Assembly: GCA_965116925.1 (NCBI GenBank)
Contig: OZ220744.1
Span: 6,272,001-6,336,000, forward strand
Direction: 5' to 3'
Origin: Candidatus Poribacteria bacterium
GTDB taxonomy: Bacteria; Poribacteria; WGA-4E; PCPOR2b
DNA length: 64,000 nucleotides
This document shows positions 10,513-21,333 of this stretch, piece after piece. Position 1 is the first letter of the stretch. Each line of letters opens with the position of its first letter. The notes below the pieces were generated by a model. The model was not told the origin of the DNA. It made no database searches and saw nothing but the letters and a program-made list of their open reading frames with translations. The position numbers and the translations under genes were made by a program.

Positions 10513-11100
10513 TCAAAACCGCCACTCCAACAACGTCGCACGGTGGCGTGAAACGAGTGCCCCGGTAATGGTCCCAACCGCTGCGCCGGCAATCACATCG
10601 GACAGGTAATGCCTGCCTAGATAGATCCGCGTAAGCCCAACCAATCCCGCGCCAATGTAAAGTGGGATACGGAGTTTGGGATACCGATTCCCAAGGAGCG
10701 TCGCACCGGCGAAAGCGTAAGCGGTATGCCCCGATGGAAACGCCGGATTACCGACCACATCGTCTAAGGGGCGTTTCCGTCCGATAATCTCCTTCATTCC
10801 CCAAACGATTACGCCTGTGCTGATGAAAGTCGAAGTCAGCAGCCTACCCGTCTCACGATTTTTATCGTTCCCGTAAGCCATCAGGAGAAGAGAAACCCCC
10901 AACATTGTCCTGCCGTCGCCAAAATAGGTGCCTATCTCCATAGCAGTGCCGAGCGGTTCACTTCGAGGCGGTTCATCGTAGATTGCATCGAATATATCCT
11001 GATCCAGGCGCACAAAAAAGTTGCCTTCATCGGTGTACCCCGCGACAGAGATAAGGCAGAACAACAGCCACAGAGCAGATCGAACGATTTGTATTCTCAT
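10513..11100 (-). CDS. PAP2 family phosphatase
   Basis: KEIIGRKRP, FPSGH, TRIYLGRHYLSD. Confidence 0.9.
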   Translation of the reverse strand: MRIQIVRSALWLLFCLISVAGYTDEGNFFVRLDQDIFDAIYDEPPRSEPLGTAMEIGTYFGDGRTMLGVSLLLMAYGNDKNRETGRLLTSTFISTGVIVWGMKEIIGRKRPLDDVVGNPAFPSGHTAYAFAGATLLGNRYPKLRIPLYIGAGLVGLTRIYLGRHYLSDVIAGAAVGTITGALVSRHRATLLEWRF

Positions 11101-11134
11101 GATTTAACCGCCCAAGTCGAAGGAGAAATAAGGA

Positions 11135-12097
11135 CTAAAGCCCGTTCATAAACTGAAAGATTTCATCGCCGAGCCCCGGCAGGTCTTCATGTGCAAAGTC
11201 AGGATAGACCGCTAACGATTTATCTGCGGTTATCTTGTTATAGGCAGCAAATTGCGTTGAAGGGGGACAGATGGTGTCCATCAGACCCACGCCCATAAAG
11301 ACTTCACTCTGGATACGTGGACATAGATACTGCACATCAATATAGCCGAGTTTCTCAAATATCGCCTCCTCGCGCTCGTGGAGCGGGTCGAATTTACGGA
11401 AGTATTCCCCCAATTCGGCATAGGCATCTTTTGCCTGATCCATCTCCCACACCCGCTGGTAATCGCAGAGGAACGGAAACACAGGGGCTGCCCGTTTGAT
11501 GCGGGGTTCAAGGGCTGCACAAGCGAGTGTCAATCCGCCGCCTTGGCTTCTGCCGGTCGCACCGACTCGATTTTCGTCCACATCCGGCATCTCCATCACA
11601 ATTTTTGCGAGTTGCGCTGTATCCAGAAAAATCTGGCGGTAGAGCAGTTTCTCCGGCGCATCGTCAAGGCCGCGGATAATATGTCCGCGCAACGTCCAGC
11701 CTGTCACACCGCCTGTATCTTCCGACGAACCGCCCTGACCCCGACAATCGAGTGCCGCGACGGTATAACCGAGGGCGGCGTAGCCTAATTTGCTCACCCA
11801 ATCGCCGGCATCGCCAGAGTAGCCGTGGAACATCAGCACCGCTGGGTGGAGATCGGGAGCGTTATTCGGACGAAGCAGCATAGCGTGAACCCGCGCCCCG
11901 CCGACGCCGGTGAAATAGAGATCCGAACATTCTGCAACGGAGGTCTGAAAACTGGCAGGCGAGATCTCAATCTGCGGATCAACTTCGCGCATCTCCGCAA
12001 GGGCTCCGTCCCAAAAAGCATCAAAGTTATCGGGGCGGGGATTTATGCCCTGATAGGTTTCTAACTCCGCTAACGACATATCAAAGGTCAAAGGCAT
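11135..12097 (-). CDS. Acetyl xylan esterase / cephalosporin-C deacetylase (CE7)
   Basis: RGQ motif, GRSQGG nucleophile motif, DTICPPST, FAHE. Confidence 0.9.
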   Translation of the reverse strand: MPLTFDMSLAELETYQGINPRPDNFDAFWDGALAEMREVDPQIEISPASFQTSVAECSDLYFTGVGGARVHAMLLRPNNAPDLHPAVLMFHGYSGDAGDWVSKLGYAALGYTVAALDCRGQGGSSEDTGGVTGWTLRGHIIRGLDDAPEKLLYRQIFLDTAQLAKIVMEMPDVDENRVGATGRSQGGGLTLACAALEPRIKRAAPVFPFLCDYQRVWEMDQAKDAYAELGEYFRKFDPLHEREEAIFEKLGYIDVQYLCPRIQSEVFMGVGLMDTICPPSTQFAAYNKITADKSLAVYPDFAHEDLPGLGDEIFQFMNGL

Positions 12098-12126
12098 ACA
12101 ATTTTTCCTCTCTCATTGCGGTCTAT

Positions 12127-13863
12127 TTACCAACCGATTGCATAAGACGTAGAACGTGGATCCGCACCGCCGACGCGTGTGCCTGTCTCATGGTCAACGG
12201 TAATCGCACATACGCGGCTGACCCCTGCACTCCAATCGTCATGATCGTGGAGGTGATGCCCACGATTCCGCAAAGCCTCGCGGGTCTGTGGAGCGATCCG
12301 GGCTTCGACCACGACCTCGCCGGGCAGTGATCCATGGGGCCAGAACGAATTCGGGAAGCTGTGACTGATGACGCGGGGGGCTTCGATCGCCTCCTGCGGC
12401 TCCATCCCGAACTCGATGATATTGAGGAACACCTGCAGCATCCCCTGTACCTGTGCGTCACCGCCGGGGCAGCCGAAGGGCATGAACGGCTTTCCATCTT
12501 TGAGAGCCAACGCTGGATTTGGGGTGAGGCGTGGACGTTTCCACGGCTGCAGGCAGGAGGGGTGCGCTGGATCGAGCCATATCTGTGTACCCCGTCCTGA
12601 GATAGGAAAACCCAAGCCCGGAACGATTGGGGACCAGCCAACCACATCCGAGGGTGTAGCGGAAAAGGCGTTACCGCTCTCATCTATCACGCAGAGGTAG
12701 CTGGTATCGCTCTCCCAGTGCGATATACGCTCCGGCTGCGGGCAATTTGGGTCCAAAGTCGGGAAGGGTCCGTTCTCTCTGCGCGGCTCCGGATGGAACC
12801 GCCACGGGTCACCGGGGCGTGGCATGTCGGGGGCGGCACGTTGTAGGTCAATGGCACTCCGTCTTTCAGCCGCATATCGTTCATCGAGTAATCCTGCCAT
12901 CGGGACTTGGACAAAATCGGGATCGCCGAAATACGCCTCCCGATCCGCAAACGCCAATTTCAGCGATTCGATAACTGTGTGAAGATAGTCCGCGGACTCG
13001 TGCCCCATCCCTTGTAGGTCAGCCCCTTCGAGAATCTTTAGTGCCATGTTGAGGGTCGGTCCCTGACACCACGGTCCGCAGGTATAAACGTCATAACCTT
13101 TGTAGGTGATATGCGTCGGTGGTTCGACCCGAACCGAAAATGCGGCGAGATCTTCATAGGCTAGCAGTCCCCCTTCCTGCGCGTGAAAATCGGCGATTTC
13201 GTGGGCAATTTCGCCCTTATAGATTAGGTCGCGTGCGGCTCTGATTCCTACTTCACGATCACCGCTCGCTCCCCGTTCAGCGTCGATCATCCGTCTGAAG
13301 GTGTTCCCCAGATCCTTCTGGAAAAAGATCTCCCCAACCTGTGGAATATGGCCACCGGGGTTGAAGACAGCAGCCGTTGATGGGTCGCCTCCTAGCTCCC
13401 TGCTGGCAAATGCGTGGAACTGATCATCGACTGGATGACCGTTTTCGACGAGGTCTAACGCGGGCTGGATGACCTCTTCAAAGGTCATAGTGCCGAATCG
13501 CGCCAACGCCGTCAGCCACGCATCAGGCGATGCGGGTGTGACAGTCCGCAAGATGCCGGGGGGCAGATCGCCGTTGTGATATTTTCGGAAGTAGTCAATG
13601 CTCGCCCCACGGGGAAAGCGTCCGAGTCCACTGATGGTTTCTACCGGTGCCCCCGATCCCGGACAGTAGACAATCGGTGCGACGCCGCCGAAATGGGTGA
13701 ATCCCGGCTGAAGCACATTGATACAGATACCGACAGCGATGCCGGCATCAGCGGCGTTACCGCCACTTTCGAGGATACGAACCCCACCCATTGTTGCGAG
13801 ATAGTGCACCGATGAGACAATGTACTGTTTCCCGCGGACTGAGGGGCGATGACTCCTTGGCAT
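12127..13863 (-). CDS. ggt: Gamma-glutamyltransferase family protein
   Basis: GGNAADAG, LKLAFADRE, DTSYLCVID (Thr nucleophile), GGADPR; start moved to ATG 13863 after an AAAGGAG RBS. Confidence 0.85.
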   Translation of the reverse strand: MPRSHRPSVRGKQYIVSSVHYLATMGGVRILESGGNAADAGIAVGICINVLQPGFTHFGGVAPIVYCPGSGAPVETISGLGRFPRGASIDYFRKYHNGDLPPGILRTVTPASPDAWLTALARFGTMTFEEVIQPALDLVENGHPVDDQFHAFASRELGGDPSTAAVFNPGGHIPQVGEIFFQKDLGNTFRRMIDAERGASGDREVGIRAARDLIYKGEIAHEIADFHAQEGGLLAYEDLAAFSVRVEPPTHITYKGYDVYTCGPWCQGPTLNMALKILEGADLQGMGHESADYLHTVIESLKLAFADREAYFGDPDFVQVPMAGLLDERYAAERRSAIDLQRAAPDMPRPGDPWRFHPEPRRENGPFPTLDPNCPQPERISHWESDTSYLCVIDESGNAFSATPSDVVGWSPIVPGLGFPISGRGTQIWLDPAHPSCLQPWKRPRLTPNPALALKDGKPFMPFGCPGGDAQVQGMLQVFLNIIEFGMEPQEAIEAPRVISHSFPNSFWPHGSLPGEVVVEARIAPQTREALRNRGHHLHDHDDWSAGVSRVCAITVDHETGTRVGGADPRSTSYAIGW

Positions 13864-14010
13864 TCTACTTTCTCCTTTCACCCAATGAGGCTTGGGTTGT
13901 GAGTGGACGACGTGGGTCAATCTCCATAACCGAGTTGACGCAGGTGTTCAAACGACTTCTCTATCCGTTTTCTGCTTCTCTGCGCTCTCTGCGTCTCTGC
14001 GGTGTTTTTC

Positions 14011-15573
14011 TTAGGTTTCATAGATATTGTCCATCTGCCATGCGTCCAGCGATCTGAGTTCACTCTCTTGACCTTGAGAACGCAGCGATACACCGACGCT
14101 ATCTGCGCGGTCAGGATAGACACGCATTGCAACACACTGCTTCCCGTTGACGAACACCTCAACCACGCTCTTGTCGATGAACACACGCAACTTGAGTGTC
14201 TCGTCCGGTGCGATAAAAACAGCAGCAGTTTCGGGGGCGCGTGAAAGCACATCCGGCGCAATTGACGAATACGATGAATCGATCGTTATCAGGCTGTCCC
14301 GCCCTTCTCGATTCAGATCTGGATCCCTGAAACCTCGCTCCTTAAAGAACGCAATACGGGTGAATTCCTCCTTTTGCGGTGAGCGGAGGACGTTCATTTC
14401 GACCATCGGGGCGGTTTTCGGGTCGATCTCCGCGACGATTTCCATCGCGTTCCCTTCGATACTTTGGAGGACGATCTCCTGATTCGCAGGCAATGTCATC
14501 CCACTCACCGCCTGATGTGCGCCGCGCAGCGATTCAATATCTCCGGCGGGCTCGATCGCCAATCTATCTCTTGAGGCGAGTGTTAGGCGTCGCGGCAACG
14601 TCATAATCTGATTCCAGCCTTGGGTCGGCTTCGCAGGATTCATGTTCCAGATGCAGATGAGTCCTCCCTCACCGTCGGGGGTTGCGGAGGGCGCGTGTAC
14701 GCCCGCGGGGGCTGCCGCACCGAAGTTGTTCTTGGCACCCGCGGTCACGACGAACTTGTCGCGATCTTTATCGTAATCGCCAAGCAGGTACTGCCCACCA
14801 CTCATGTGGCTGAAAAATAGGAGGATATGCTGATCTCCGATGGGCCAAAAGTACGGGCAAGCACCGTCATCGCCCACCAATGTGTAGTGATCATTCTCGA
14901 CAAACGGGTGCAGATACTCCCAATTCGCTAAATCCGGGGAGCGGAGCAGGAAGTTAGCGCGGATCCGTTTAGCACCGGGGCCAACTGGCAGCGTCCCCCC
15001 TGAAAGCGAATAGTACATGCCATCCTTCTTCCAGATGCACGGATCGAAGACGCGGTAGGGCGGGGCTGACCCGTCCGGGTTTCTCATCGGGATCACTGCC
15101 TCCCCTGTCACCTTCTCCCAATTCAACAACAGCGGATCGCTCGACACAGCGACCATATTGCCGACCTCTGTGCCGTGATACATTGCAATCACGCGATCTT
15201 CCTCGACATAACTCGAACCGGAGAAACAGCACCTTTCAGGATTCGGGTAAATCGCATAGGGCAGATCTCGCCAATGAATGAGATCATCGCTGATAGCGTG
15301 TCCCCAGTGTTGACGGGTATCCTCCGGCGGATATGCTTGATAGAAAAGGTGCCATTTCCCACCCCAGAAACAGAGACCGTTAGGATCGTTGAGCATCGCT
15401 TCGGGATTCACGTAATGGTAGATGGGACGGTGCGGATTGCCTGCATACCCTTTGCGCGACTCGATCAGCCGGAGCATCAACGGATTGGTTTTGAGTTGCT
15501 CCTCCTGTTCTTCGAGGGTGTCAGCAAAGGTGTAATGTGGAACTCGTGAGGTATAATCGGAGGTGTTGTTCAT
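14011..15573 (-). CDS. Glycoside hydrolase family 32-like protein
   Basis: NDPNG, WHLFYQ, HWGHA, FSGS, FDP, C-terminal beta-sandwich FIDKSVVEVF. Confidence 0.85.
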   Translation of the reverse strand: MNNTSDYTSRVPHYTFADTLEEQEEQLKTNPLMLRLIESRKGYAGNPHRPIYHYVNPEAMLNDPNGLCFWGGKWHLFYQAYPPEDTRQHWGHAISDDLIHWRDLPYAIYPNPERCCFSGSSYVEEDRVIAMYHGTEVGNMVAVSSDPLLLNWEKVTGEAVIPMRNPDGSAPPYRVFDPCIWKKDGMYYSLSGGTLPVGPGAKRIRANFLLRSPDLANWEYLHPFVENDHYTLVGDDGACPYFWPIGDQHILLFFSHMSGGQYLLGDYDKDRDKFVVTAGAKNNFGAAAPAGVHAPSATPDGEGGLICIWNMNPAKPTQGWNQIMTLPRRLTLASRDRLAIEPAGDIESLRGAHQAVSGMTLPANQEIVLQSIEGNAMEIVAEIDPKTAPMVEMNVLRSPQKEEFTRIAFFKERGFRDPDLNREGRDSLITIDSSYSSIAPDVLSRAPETAAVFIAPDETLKLRVFIDKSVVEVFVNGKQCVAMRVYPDRADSVGVSLRSQGQESELRSLDAWQMDNIYET

Positions 15574-15600
15574 AGTTTGTCTCCTTTATATTAGTATGTA

Positions 15601-16755
15601 CTATCTTCTCTCTATAAGAAACATCTGCTCTGTCACATGAATCGTCCGGTTTCTGAGATTTCTCGATCCGCGAAACGTATTGTAGCGAACACTAAACTCG
15701 TCAACAGTACCTACTTTTTGTAGCATAGCACGCATCTCATCAGGACTGATGAACCCCTCATTATTGAAAGAGATTAGAAGAAAACGGGCGTCGATTTTGT
15801 GCAGTAGTTCTTCAAGTAGCGGTAAAGATTTTGTCCGGACATTATACCCTGAACGTCTCCAATCCGATGGAATACCGGACACACGACTTATTTTATCCGG
15901 TCGTTTGTAATGAACAAGCAGGTTGAGCATAAAGTAGTTGGAGCCGTAGGGGTGCTGATTATAGGGTGGATCAATATAAGCTAGGTCAAGCCCCTTTATT
16001 TGACTGGCTACCTTATTGGTGTCATCTTGCAGAACCTGATAATCGCACTCGTACTTGCTCAACACCGGGACTTCAAGCTTGATTTTGCCCTTGATTCGTT
16101 TTAGCGCGTCCAATCCGGTCCCACCGTACTGTCCGACTCCGGTGGTACGATCCTTATAAAATCCCTTGAATACGCCTGCGGTATTTGAGTGGACAGATGC
16201 GGCACTCAGAAGGGGACCCAGTAGCAAATCGCGAAAGTCTGAGGGAGTGCGATCAATCATCCGACGGTAGTTGTCCAAACGACGGGCATTGGTGGTCGTA
16301 TAGAAAACCCTATCATCCTTTGTTATTTCTGATTCATCCTTTGGGGCATAGAGTGTCTCAATAAATCCCTTGGGGAACGGCGCATCAGTTACGCGAGCGT
16401 TTAGTTCTTCTACAATCTCGGACAGTGCAGTGAAATTAACTGAACTTCTGTTACGCAGGTAGCAACGTGCAATCACAGCGGCGTAATCCTCAAAATCGTT
16501 GCTGACAATAAACGATGCGTGCGCTTTCAGAAAACGGGAAACGACACCGGAGCCGCTAAATGCGTCAAACACACGAAGCTGCTCCTTACCGGTCCGTTTC
16601 TTGACACACATAACCGCTTTGCCGATTTGTCCTAGAAGTGAACGTTTGTTCCCGATATATGTGATGAGTTGCTCTGAGAGATATTTTGGATCTTCGGCGA
16701 AGAGGGAGTCGTCGTTCAATTCAGGTTGATAATCTTTACGTTGTACTATAGACAT
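15601..16755 (-). CDS. DNA adenine methyltransferase (N6-adenine, DPPY type), orphan
   Basis: YIGNK, DAFSGSG (SAM binding), AYIDPPY; the start codon lies inside a class-B repeat so the true start is uncertain. Confidence 0.85.
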   Translation of the reverse strand: MSIVQRKDYQPELNDDSLFAEDPKYLSEQLITYIGNKRSLLGQIGKAVMCVKKRTGKEQLRVFDAFSGSGVVSRFLKAHASFIVSNDFEDYAAVIARCYLRNRSSVNFTALSEIVEELNARVTDAPFPKGFIETLYAPKDESEITKDDRVFYTTTNARRLDNYRRMIDRTPSDFRDLLLGPLLSAASVHSNTAGVFKGFYKDRTTGVGQYGGTGLDALKRIKGKIKLEVPVLSKYECDYQVLQDDTNKVASQIKGLDLAYIDPPYNQHPYGSNYFMLNLLVHYKRPDKISRVSGIPSDWRRSGYNVRTKSLPLLEELLHKIDARFLLISFNNEGFISPDEMRAMLQKVGTVDEFSVRYNTFRGSRNLRNRTIHVTEQMFLIERR

Positions 16756-16833
16756 GTCGCCCCTCTGGGGCTAAATGAAACGATTCACCAATGGTTTTCA
16801 CGTTTCACGCATCACATTATCAGCAGATGCAGA

Positions 16834-16952
16834 CTAGTACTCAGTCATATAAGTTTTGCATATCAACAAGGGGGTCGGGTGACCCGACCCCTACGAAGTA
16901 TTATGAGTCTCAATCCATATAGACAATCATAATTTGCCTGACAGTGTACTAG
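16834..16952. mobile_element. MITE bounded by CTAG direct repeats, carrying a class-A-like REP
   Basis: CTAG-TACTCAGTCA...TGACAGTGTA-CTAG imperfect TIR; internal GGGTCGGGTGACCCGACCCCTAC. Confidence 0.6.
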
Positions 16953-16996
16953 CACCAGTGGTTTTATAACTCAAGTCGCGACTAGAGGGGTGTCCG

Positions 16997-18130
16997 TCAA
17001 GCCTCTATTGTCGTCCGGGGAAGTTCCAACATCTTCGGGCTGAGTTCGCGTCCCAAGCCCGGTCGCTCGCAGAGATCTAACAGTCCCTCTTTAACAATTA
17101 TCGGTTCATCAATATAAGTGTTCCACGTTGGGTAGTGGTAGGCGGTGAATTCGAGGTGGCGTGTGTTCGGGATAACAGCCATCAGATGTGTCAACGCCAT
17201 GCAACTGAGCGGTCCATAGTTATGCGGTGCGACCGGGATATAGTGCACCTCTGCGTAGCTTGCAATTTTCTTCACCTCTGAGATGCCGCCGGTCCAAGCG
17301 AGGTCTGGGTTAAGAACATCCGCCGCTCCCATCTCCAATATCTGCTGAAAGCCCCAACGGGAGAAGATGCGCTCGCCGGCAGCGATAGGCACACCGCCGC
17401 TTTCCCGCACCTCTTTTAAGGCTGTGAAGTTGTGGGGCTGGATCGGTTCCTCAATAAAGTAGGGATTCAGGTGTCGCACCGCTTCCGCAATCCGAATCGC
17501 ACCGGGAACATCAAAGGCAGCGTGGAGATCTATCCCCACCTCCAATGCATCCCCAACCGCATCTCGCACCCACTCAAATCGCTCGGCACCCTCTGCTACA
17601 TCTGTCGCGCTGATGTAGCCAGTCGTGTCGGCAAAATCCGTCTCACCACGACTGGGATAAAAATCGCCGAAGAACCGGGCGGTCTTACACGCTTTCCAGC
17701 CTTCGTCCACACATTTCTTCGACCAATCCTGAAACGCCGTTCGGTTCGTCTCTGTCTCGTCGTAGATACCGCTGAAATAGACAGGCACTTTGGAGCGGGT
17801 CTGCCCTCCCAAGATGCGGTAGAGCGGACGGTCTAATGTTTTTCCCAAGAGATCCCACAGTGCCATGTCGATGCCGCTCATCGCACGGAGTTCGGCGCCC
17901 ATCAGTCCGTGGAAGGACGCACTGCGGTACATCCGATTCCAAATCTTCTCAATATCCTCCGGATTCTGACCGAGCAGATGGCCGCGGGCAAATTCGTGGA
18001 TCACTATCTCCGCAGGATCGGCACGGTGGTAGGTTTCGCCAACGCCGACATATCCCGCGTCGGTGCTGATGAGAATCCAGCAGTAGTTTCTACATTCCGA
18101 GCGGATGGTTTCCACTTTGGTAATTTTCAT
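16997..18130 (-). CDS. Mandelate racemase/muconate lactonizing enzyme family (galactonate dehydratase-like)
   Basis: MKITKVET start, SGIDMALWDLLGK, DLH, FIEEP, AGER, APHN; the longer 5' extension in the ORF track is repeat-derived. Confidence 0.9.
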   Translation of the reverse strand: MKITKVETIRSECRNYCWILISTDAGYVGVGETYHRADPAEIVIHEFARGHLLGQNPEDIEKIWNRMYRSASFHGLMGAELRAMSGIDMALWDLLGKTLDRPLYRILGGQTRSKVPVYFSGIYDETETNRTAFQDWSKKCVDEGWKACKTARFFGDFYPSRGETDFADTTGYISATDVAEGAERFEWVRDAVGDALEVGIDLHAAFDVPGAIRIAEAVRHLNPYFIEEPIQPHNFTALKEVRESGGVPIAAGERIFSRWGFQQILEMGAADVLNPDLAWTGGISEVKKIASYAEVHYIPVAPHNYGPLSCMALTHLMAVIPNTRHLEFTAYHYPTWNTYIDEPIIVKEGLLDLCERPGLGRELSPKMLELPRTTIEA

Positions 18131-18414
18131 TGCTTCTCCTGTATAGGTGCGTGAAACGTGAAACGTAATGCGTAATAGAATCACCGCAGAGACGCGGAGA
18201 ACGCAGAGAAAGATAAGAAAACGAGAGAACGGGAGAACAAGAAAGCCTTCCGTGAATCCACGCCAACTCCCACGAATAAAAGGGCAATTTAACGCAAAGG
18301 CGCAAAGACGCAGAGCGACGAGCAAGCCGGATCCCGCTGGGGCTAATCAATGAACTTCTTCACGTTTCACGCATCACGTTTCACGTAACTTCAATGAACT
18401 AATGAACTAACCTT

Positions 18415-20013
18415 TCAAACCCGGTACGCAAAAAGTTTCGATTGGTACATCTGGATGCGGATAGCGACGGTTTCACCGATGCTGCTGATGTCTTTCCGAC
18501 CCTGCCAAGTTACGACTTGGTCGAGTGTATCGCCGGTCAGGGGATCGCAGTCCGCAAAGCTGAAGCCGGGGACGGGATCGCCGTCCGGAGTCATCAGATG
18601 CGGTGTCTTGTCAAGGAGTTCCACCTTTATCCAACCGCCGGGCTTACACCGGTAGTTGAGCCGGAGTTCATTGTGGCAACGGTAGACGGTCGGAATGGTA
18701 AAACGCCCTTCCAACGCTGCGACCAAACCACAGAACCGATGCGGCTGCCAACGCGCCCACCGTATTTGCAGCGGACGATGGGCGGGGAACATCGCACTTG
18801 CCATATCAGGCAGGACGTTGTGGAGTTTTGAGTTGCCTGTATAGGGCGATGCCCAATAGCCGTCGGGCAGCTCGACCAATCCGCCGCGCCAGAAGTGGGC
18901 AGAGCACTCATCGCCACTACCCGGTGGACCCACCTCAAGGACAGGTTTCCGCTCTGGGCGAGACCAGAACAATCCATCGCGACTGAAAGCGATCTGACCG
19001 TCCATGTAATCGGCGGTCTGGTGGTAGATTGGGATCAGCATCCCGTGCAGATCGGTGCGGCCGGGATACGGAAAGTAGTTGGCACCGTAGAACGAGATAT
19101 CTAGGTCGTCCTGCGCGTCCGGCTCTAAGATGAGTTTCGGGGCGGGCCAAGTACGAAAATCGTCAGTCCGAGCGAAGCCGATGGTGCGGCGGTGTGTGCT
19201 TTCTTCCAAGCGTCCTGTGCCGATACCCCCCATCACCTCCGTCGGATAGCCCATAATCTGGAGGTAGGCGTAGTAGTTGTTGTGGTGTGGATCGAAACGG
19301 GCAGCGATCGCGCCGTTGACGGGGCGATTGCCGAGCGGTTGTTCAAGGGGGGTCCACCGGAATCGGTCCGGGGAGGTCCACCCCAGCATCCAGCCCCAGA
19401 TCACCGCTTTCGGGCCCTTATAGGCTGCGCCTTCAGCGTTCTGGGCGGCAATCCGCTTGCCCGCTTCCCCTCCGACCAACCTTTCGTTGGTGTCCGGGTC
19501 GTACCACGCCATATTGCCGCCCATCGCTTTGTAGCGTTCATTGGGCGGTGCCCCCGGATCCTCGAAAAATCCCGATGATCCGCGCGGCGGATTGGCGATG
19601 AGGTTATTCTGTTTCGACCCCTGAAATTCCACCTGTCCCAATTCGGGACGGCTCCATTGATAAGCGTCATCGCTGCGGGCATAGGCGGCACCGTTGCCCC
19701 CTGATTCGTAGAGCATGTGATAGGCACCGTCATCCTGCCAGATGTAGAGTGGGGCGATACCGGGACGCTCCCACGCTTGCACTGCTTCGAGCAGCGGTTC
19801 AGATTTCAGGGCAGTTTCCACCTCGAATCGGATTCCCACGGGAGCGTCAAAGGGCGTGAATAGGTCTTCACGGTTCATGCCGCGGTTGCCGGCGTAGATA
19901 TCGACGGTATCCACCAATGGGCTCCACGCCCCTGTGTTACAGAGGATTCGTGGGGGTCTGACCTGTAAAGGGGTATGTTTTTCTGTGGCGGATTCGTTAG
20001 AAGGGGTTGTCAT
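18415..20013 (-). CDS. Hypothetical protein, probable glycosidase-like beta-propeller
   Basis: Repeated S.DG..W blades (ARSDDAYQWSRP, TSPDRFRW, FSRDGLFWSRP). Confidence 0.65.
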   Translation of the reverse strand: MTTPSNESATEKHTPLQVRPPRILCNTGAWSPLVDTVDIYAGNRGMNREDLFTPFDAPVGIRFEVETALKSEPLLEAVQAWERPGIAPLYIWQDDGAYHMLYESGGNGAAYARSDDAYQWSRPELGQVEFQGSKQNNLIANPPRGSSGFFEDPGAPPNERYKAMGGNMAWYDPDTNERLVGGEAGKRIAAQNAEGAAYKGPKAVIWGWMLGWTSPDRFRWTPLEQPLGNRPVNGAIAARFDPHHNNYYAYLQIMGYPTEVMGGIGTGRLEESTHRRTIGFARTDDFRTWPAPKLILEPDAQDDLDISFYGANYFPYPGRTDLHGMLIPIYHQTADYMDGQIAFSRDGLFWSRPERKPVLEVGPPGSGDECSAHFWRGGLVELPDGYWASPYTGNSKLHNVLPDMASAMFPAHRPLQIRWARWQPHRFCGLVAALEGRFTIPTVYRCHNELRLNYRCKPGGWIKVELLDKTPHLMTPDGDPVPGFSFADCDPLTGDTLDQVVTWQGRKDISSIGETVAIRIQMYQSKLFAYRV

Positions 20014-20174
20014 GGTTTGCCTTTTTATTGGTTCATTGGTTCATTAGTTCATTGAAATGTTGGGTTTCGCTGTGGCTCAACCCAACCTACGGGCTCCCAA
20101 GTGTTACGGCACACGGAGTGTGCCTATTACTTTCTCCTGCGTCTCTGCGGTGGATTTATTACGCTTCACGCCTC

Positions 20175-21161
20175 TTAAAAGTCGGTCCAATCGAAAATAT
20201 AGGTCAATCGTTCACTCCGCCGATGCAGCAGATTTTGATACACGGTCTGAGGGTCACTAGGTGAGGTTTTCGTCGCTAAAGGGGCAACTGACATCTTACC
20301 TGCAGCCAACCATCTCAGTCCAGCGGCGAGGTTGCCGTAGATGCTGTTTGTCCGAAACTCCGTCGGTTGGTTCGGCAGTTCCCATTCCCATCCACTGCGG
20401 ACGACCACATAGTTGTGGAAAATTGCGTGCAAGATGCTATGGGCATACATCTCCGTATACCGTCGCCACGGTGTCGCAATCAGCACGACTTCGCCCTTCT
20501 TGCGGACGACGTTGCAGCCGTCCAACGCCGCCTGCTCATGGCCCGAACAATCGATGACCAACCCCACCGTACCCGCAATATCGGGGTCGTCCACCGGAAC
20601 AGTGGGCAGCACATTCTTGAGTCCGCATTCGATAGCGACCTTACGGCGAGATTCAATCGGTTCACAGGCGAACACCTCATAACCGGCGTTTGTGAAGTTT
20701 TGGGCGGCGAGGTTTCCAACGATACCTAAGCCGGTGACGACAACCCGTTCCGGCGGTCGAGCGGTCGTCGTGGTCAGCGTGGTCAGGCTCACGTTCATCA
20801 GACGGGCGAAAACACCGGTCTCCGGTGCGAGCCCTTTGGGCAGCAGCAAACCCGCATCCCGCTTCACGCGCTGATAGGATTGATGATTCCCCATACAGAA
20901 GATGTGATCGCCTGCCTTGATGTCATCGACCGCCTCCCCAACAGATTCAACCTCAAAGACTGCTGCGTAGCCGGAGCCACGTGGGAAATTGCCCTCCGAA
21001 GGGTAGGAGCCCGTCGATTCTGTTCCCGCACTTATCAACGTGACGACGCTGCTACCGGCAATCTCGTCCGGCGCGAGGGGTGTCGGGTCCCGGTCAACTG
21101 CCCGTAGTTCTGCCTGTTCCGGTGCGACAAACTGAACCGCATAATCTTTCTTTGAACTCAT
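20175..21161 (-). CDS. Zinc-binding alcohol dehydrogenase (MDR) family protein
   Basis: ISAGTE, VTGLGIVG Rossmann motif, VIDCSG. Confidence 0.85.
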   Translation of the reverse strand: MSSKKDYAVQFVAPEQAELRAVDRDPTPLAPDEIAGSSVVTLISAGTESTGSYPSEGNFPRGSGYAAVFEVESVGEAVDDIKAGDHIFCMGNHQSYQRVKRDAGLLLPKGLAPETGVFARLMNVSLTTLTTTTARPPERVVVTGLGIVGNLAAQNFTNAGYEVFACEPIESRRKVAIECGLKNVLPTVPVDDPDIAGTVGLVIDCSGHEQAALDGCNVVRKKGEVVLIATPWRRYTEMYAHSILHAIFHNYVVVRSGWEWELPNQPTEFRTNSIYGNLAAGLRWLAAGKMSVAPLATKTSPSDPQTVYQNLLHRRSERLTYIFDWTDF

Positions 21162-21333
21162 GTGCGTTCCTCTTTTCAATTATGGTGGCTACGTATCACG
21201 CATTGTATATACATTGCACTCCTCTGGAGTGCGGACTTTGGGGCATGTCGCCCGTCTATAGACATGTCGCTCCTCTGGAGCGAAAAAGACTCGGGTTTCG
21301 CCATCGTCATTTGCCGTTCTTTCGGTGGTCTAT

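Noticed and set aside
18131..18325. N-terminal extension of the enolase-superfamily ORF (similar extensions at 33676, 35296, 26845, 37932)
   Set aside because: Extensions run through repeat or leader DNA; better RBS-supported starts lie downstream
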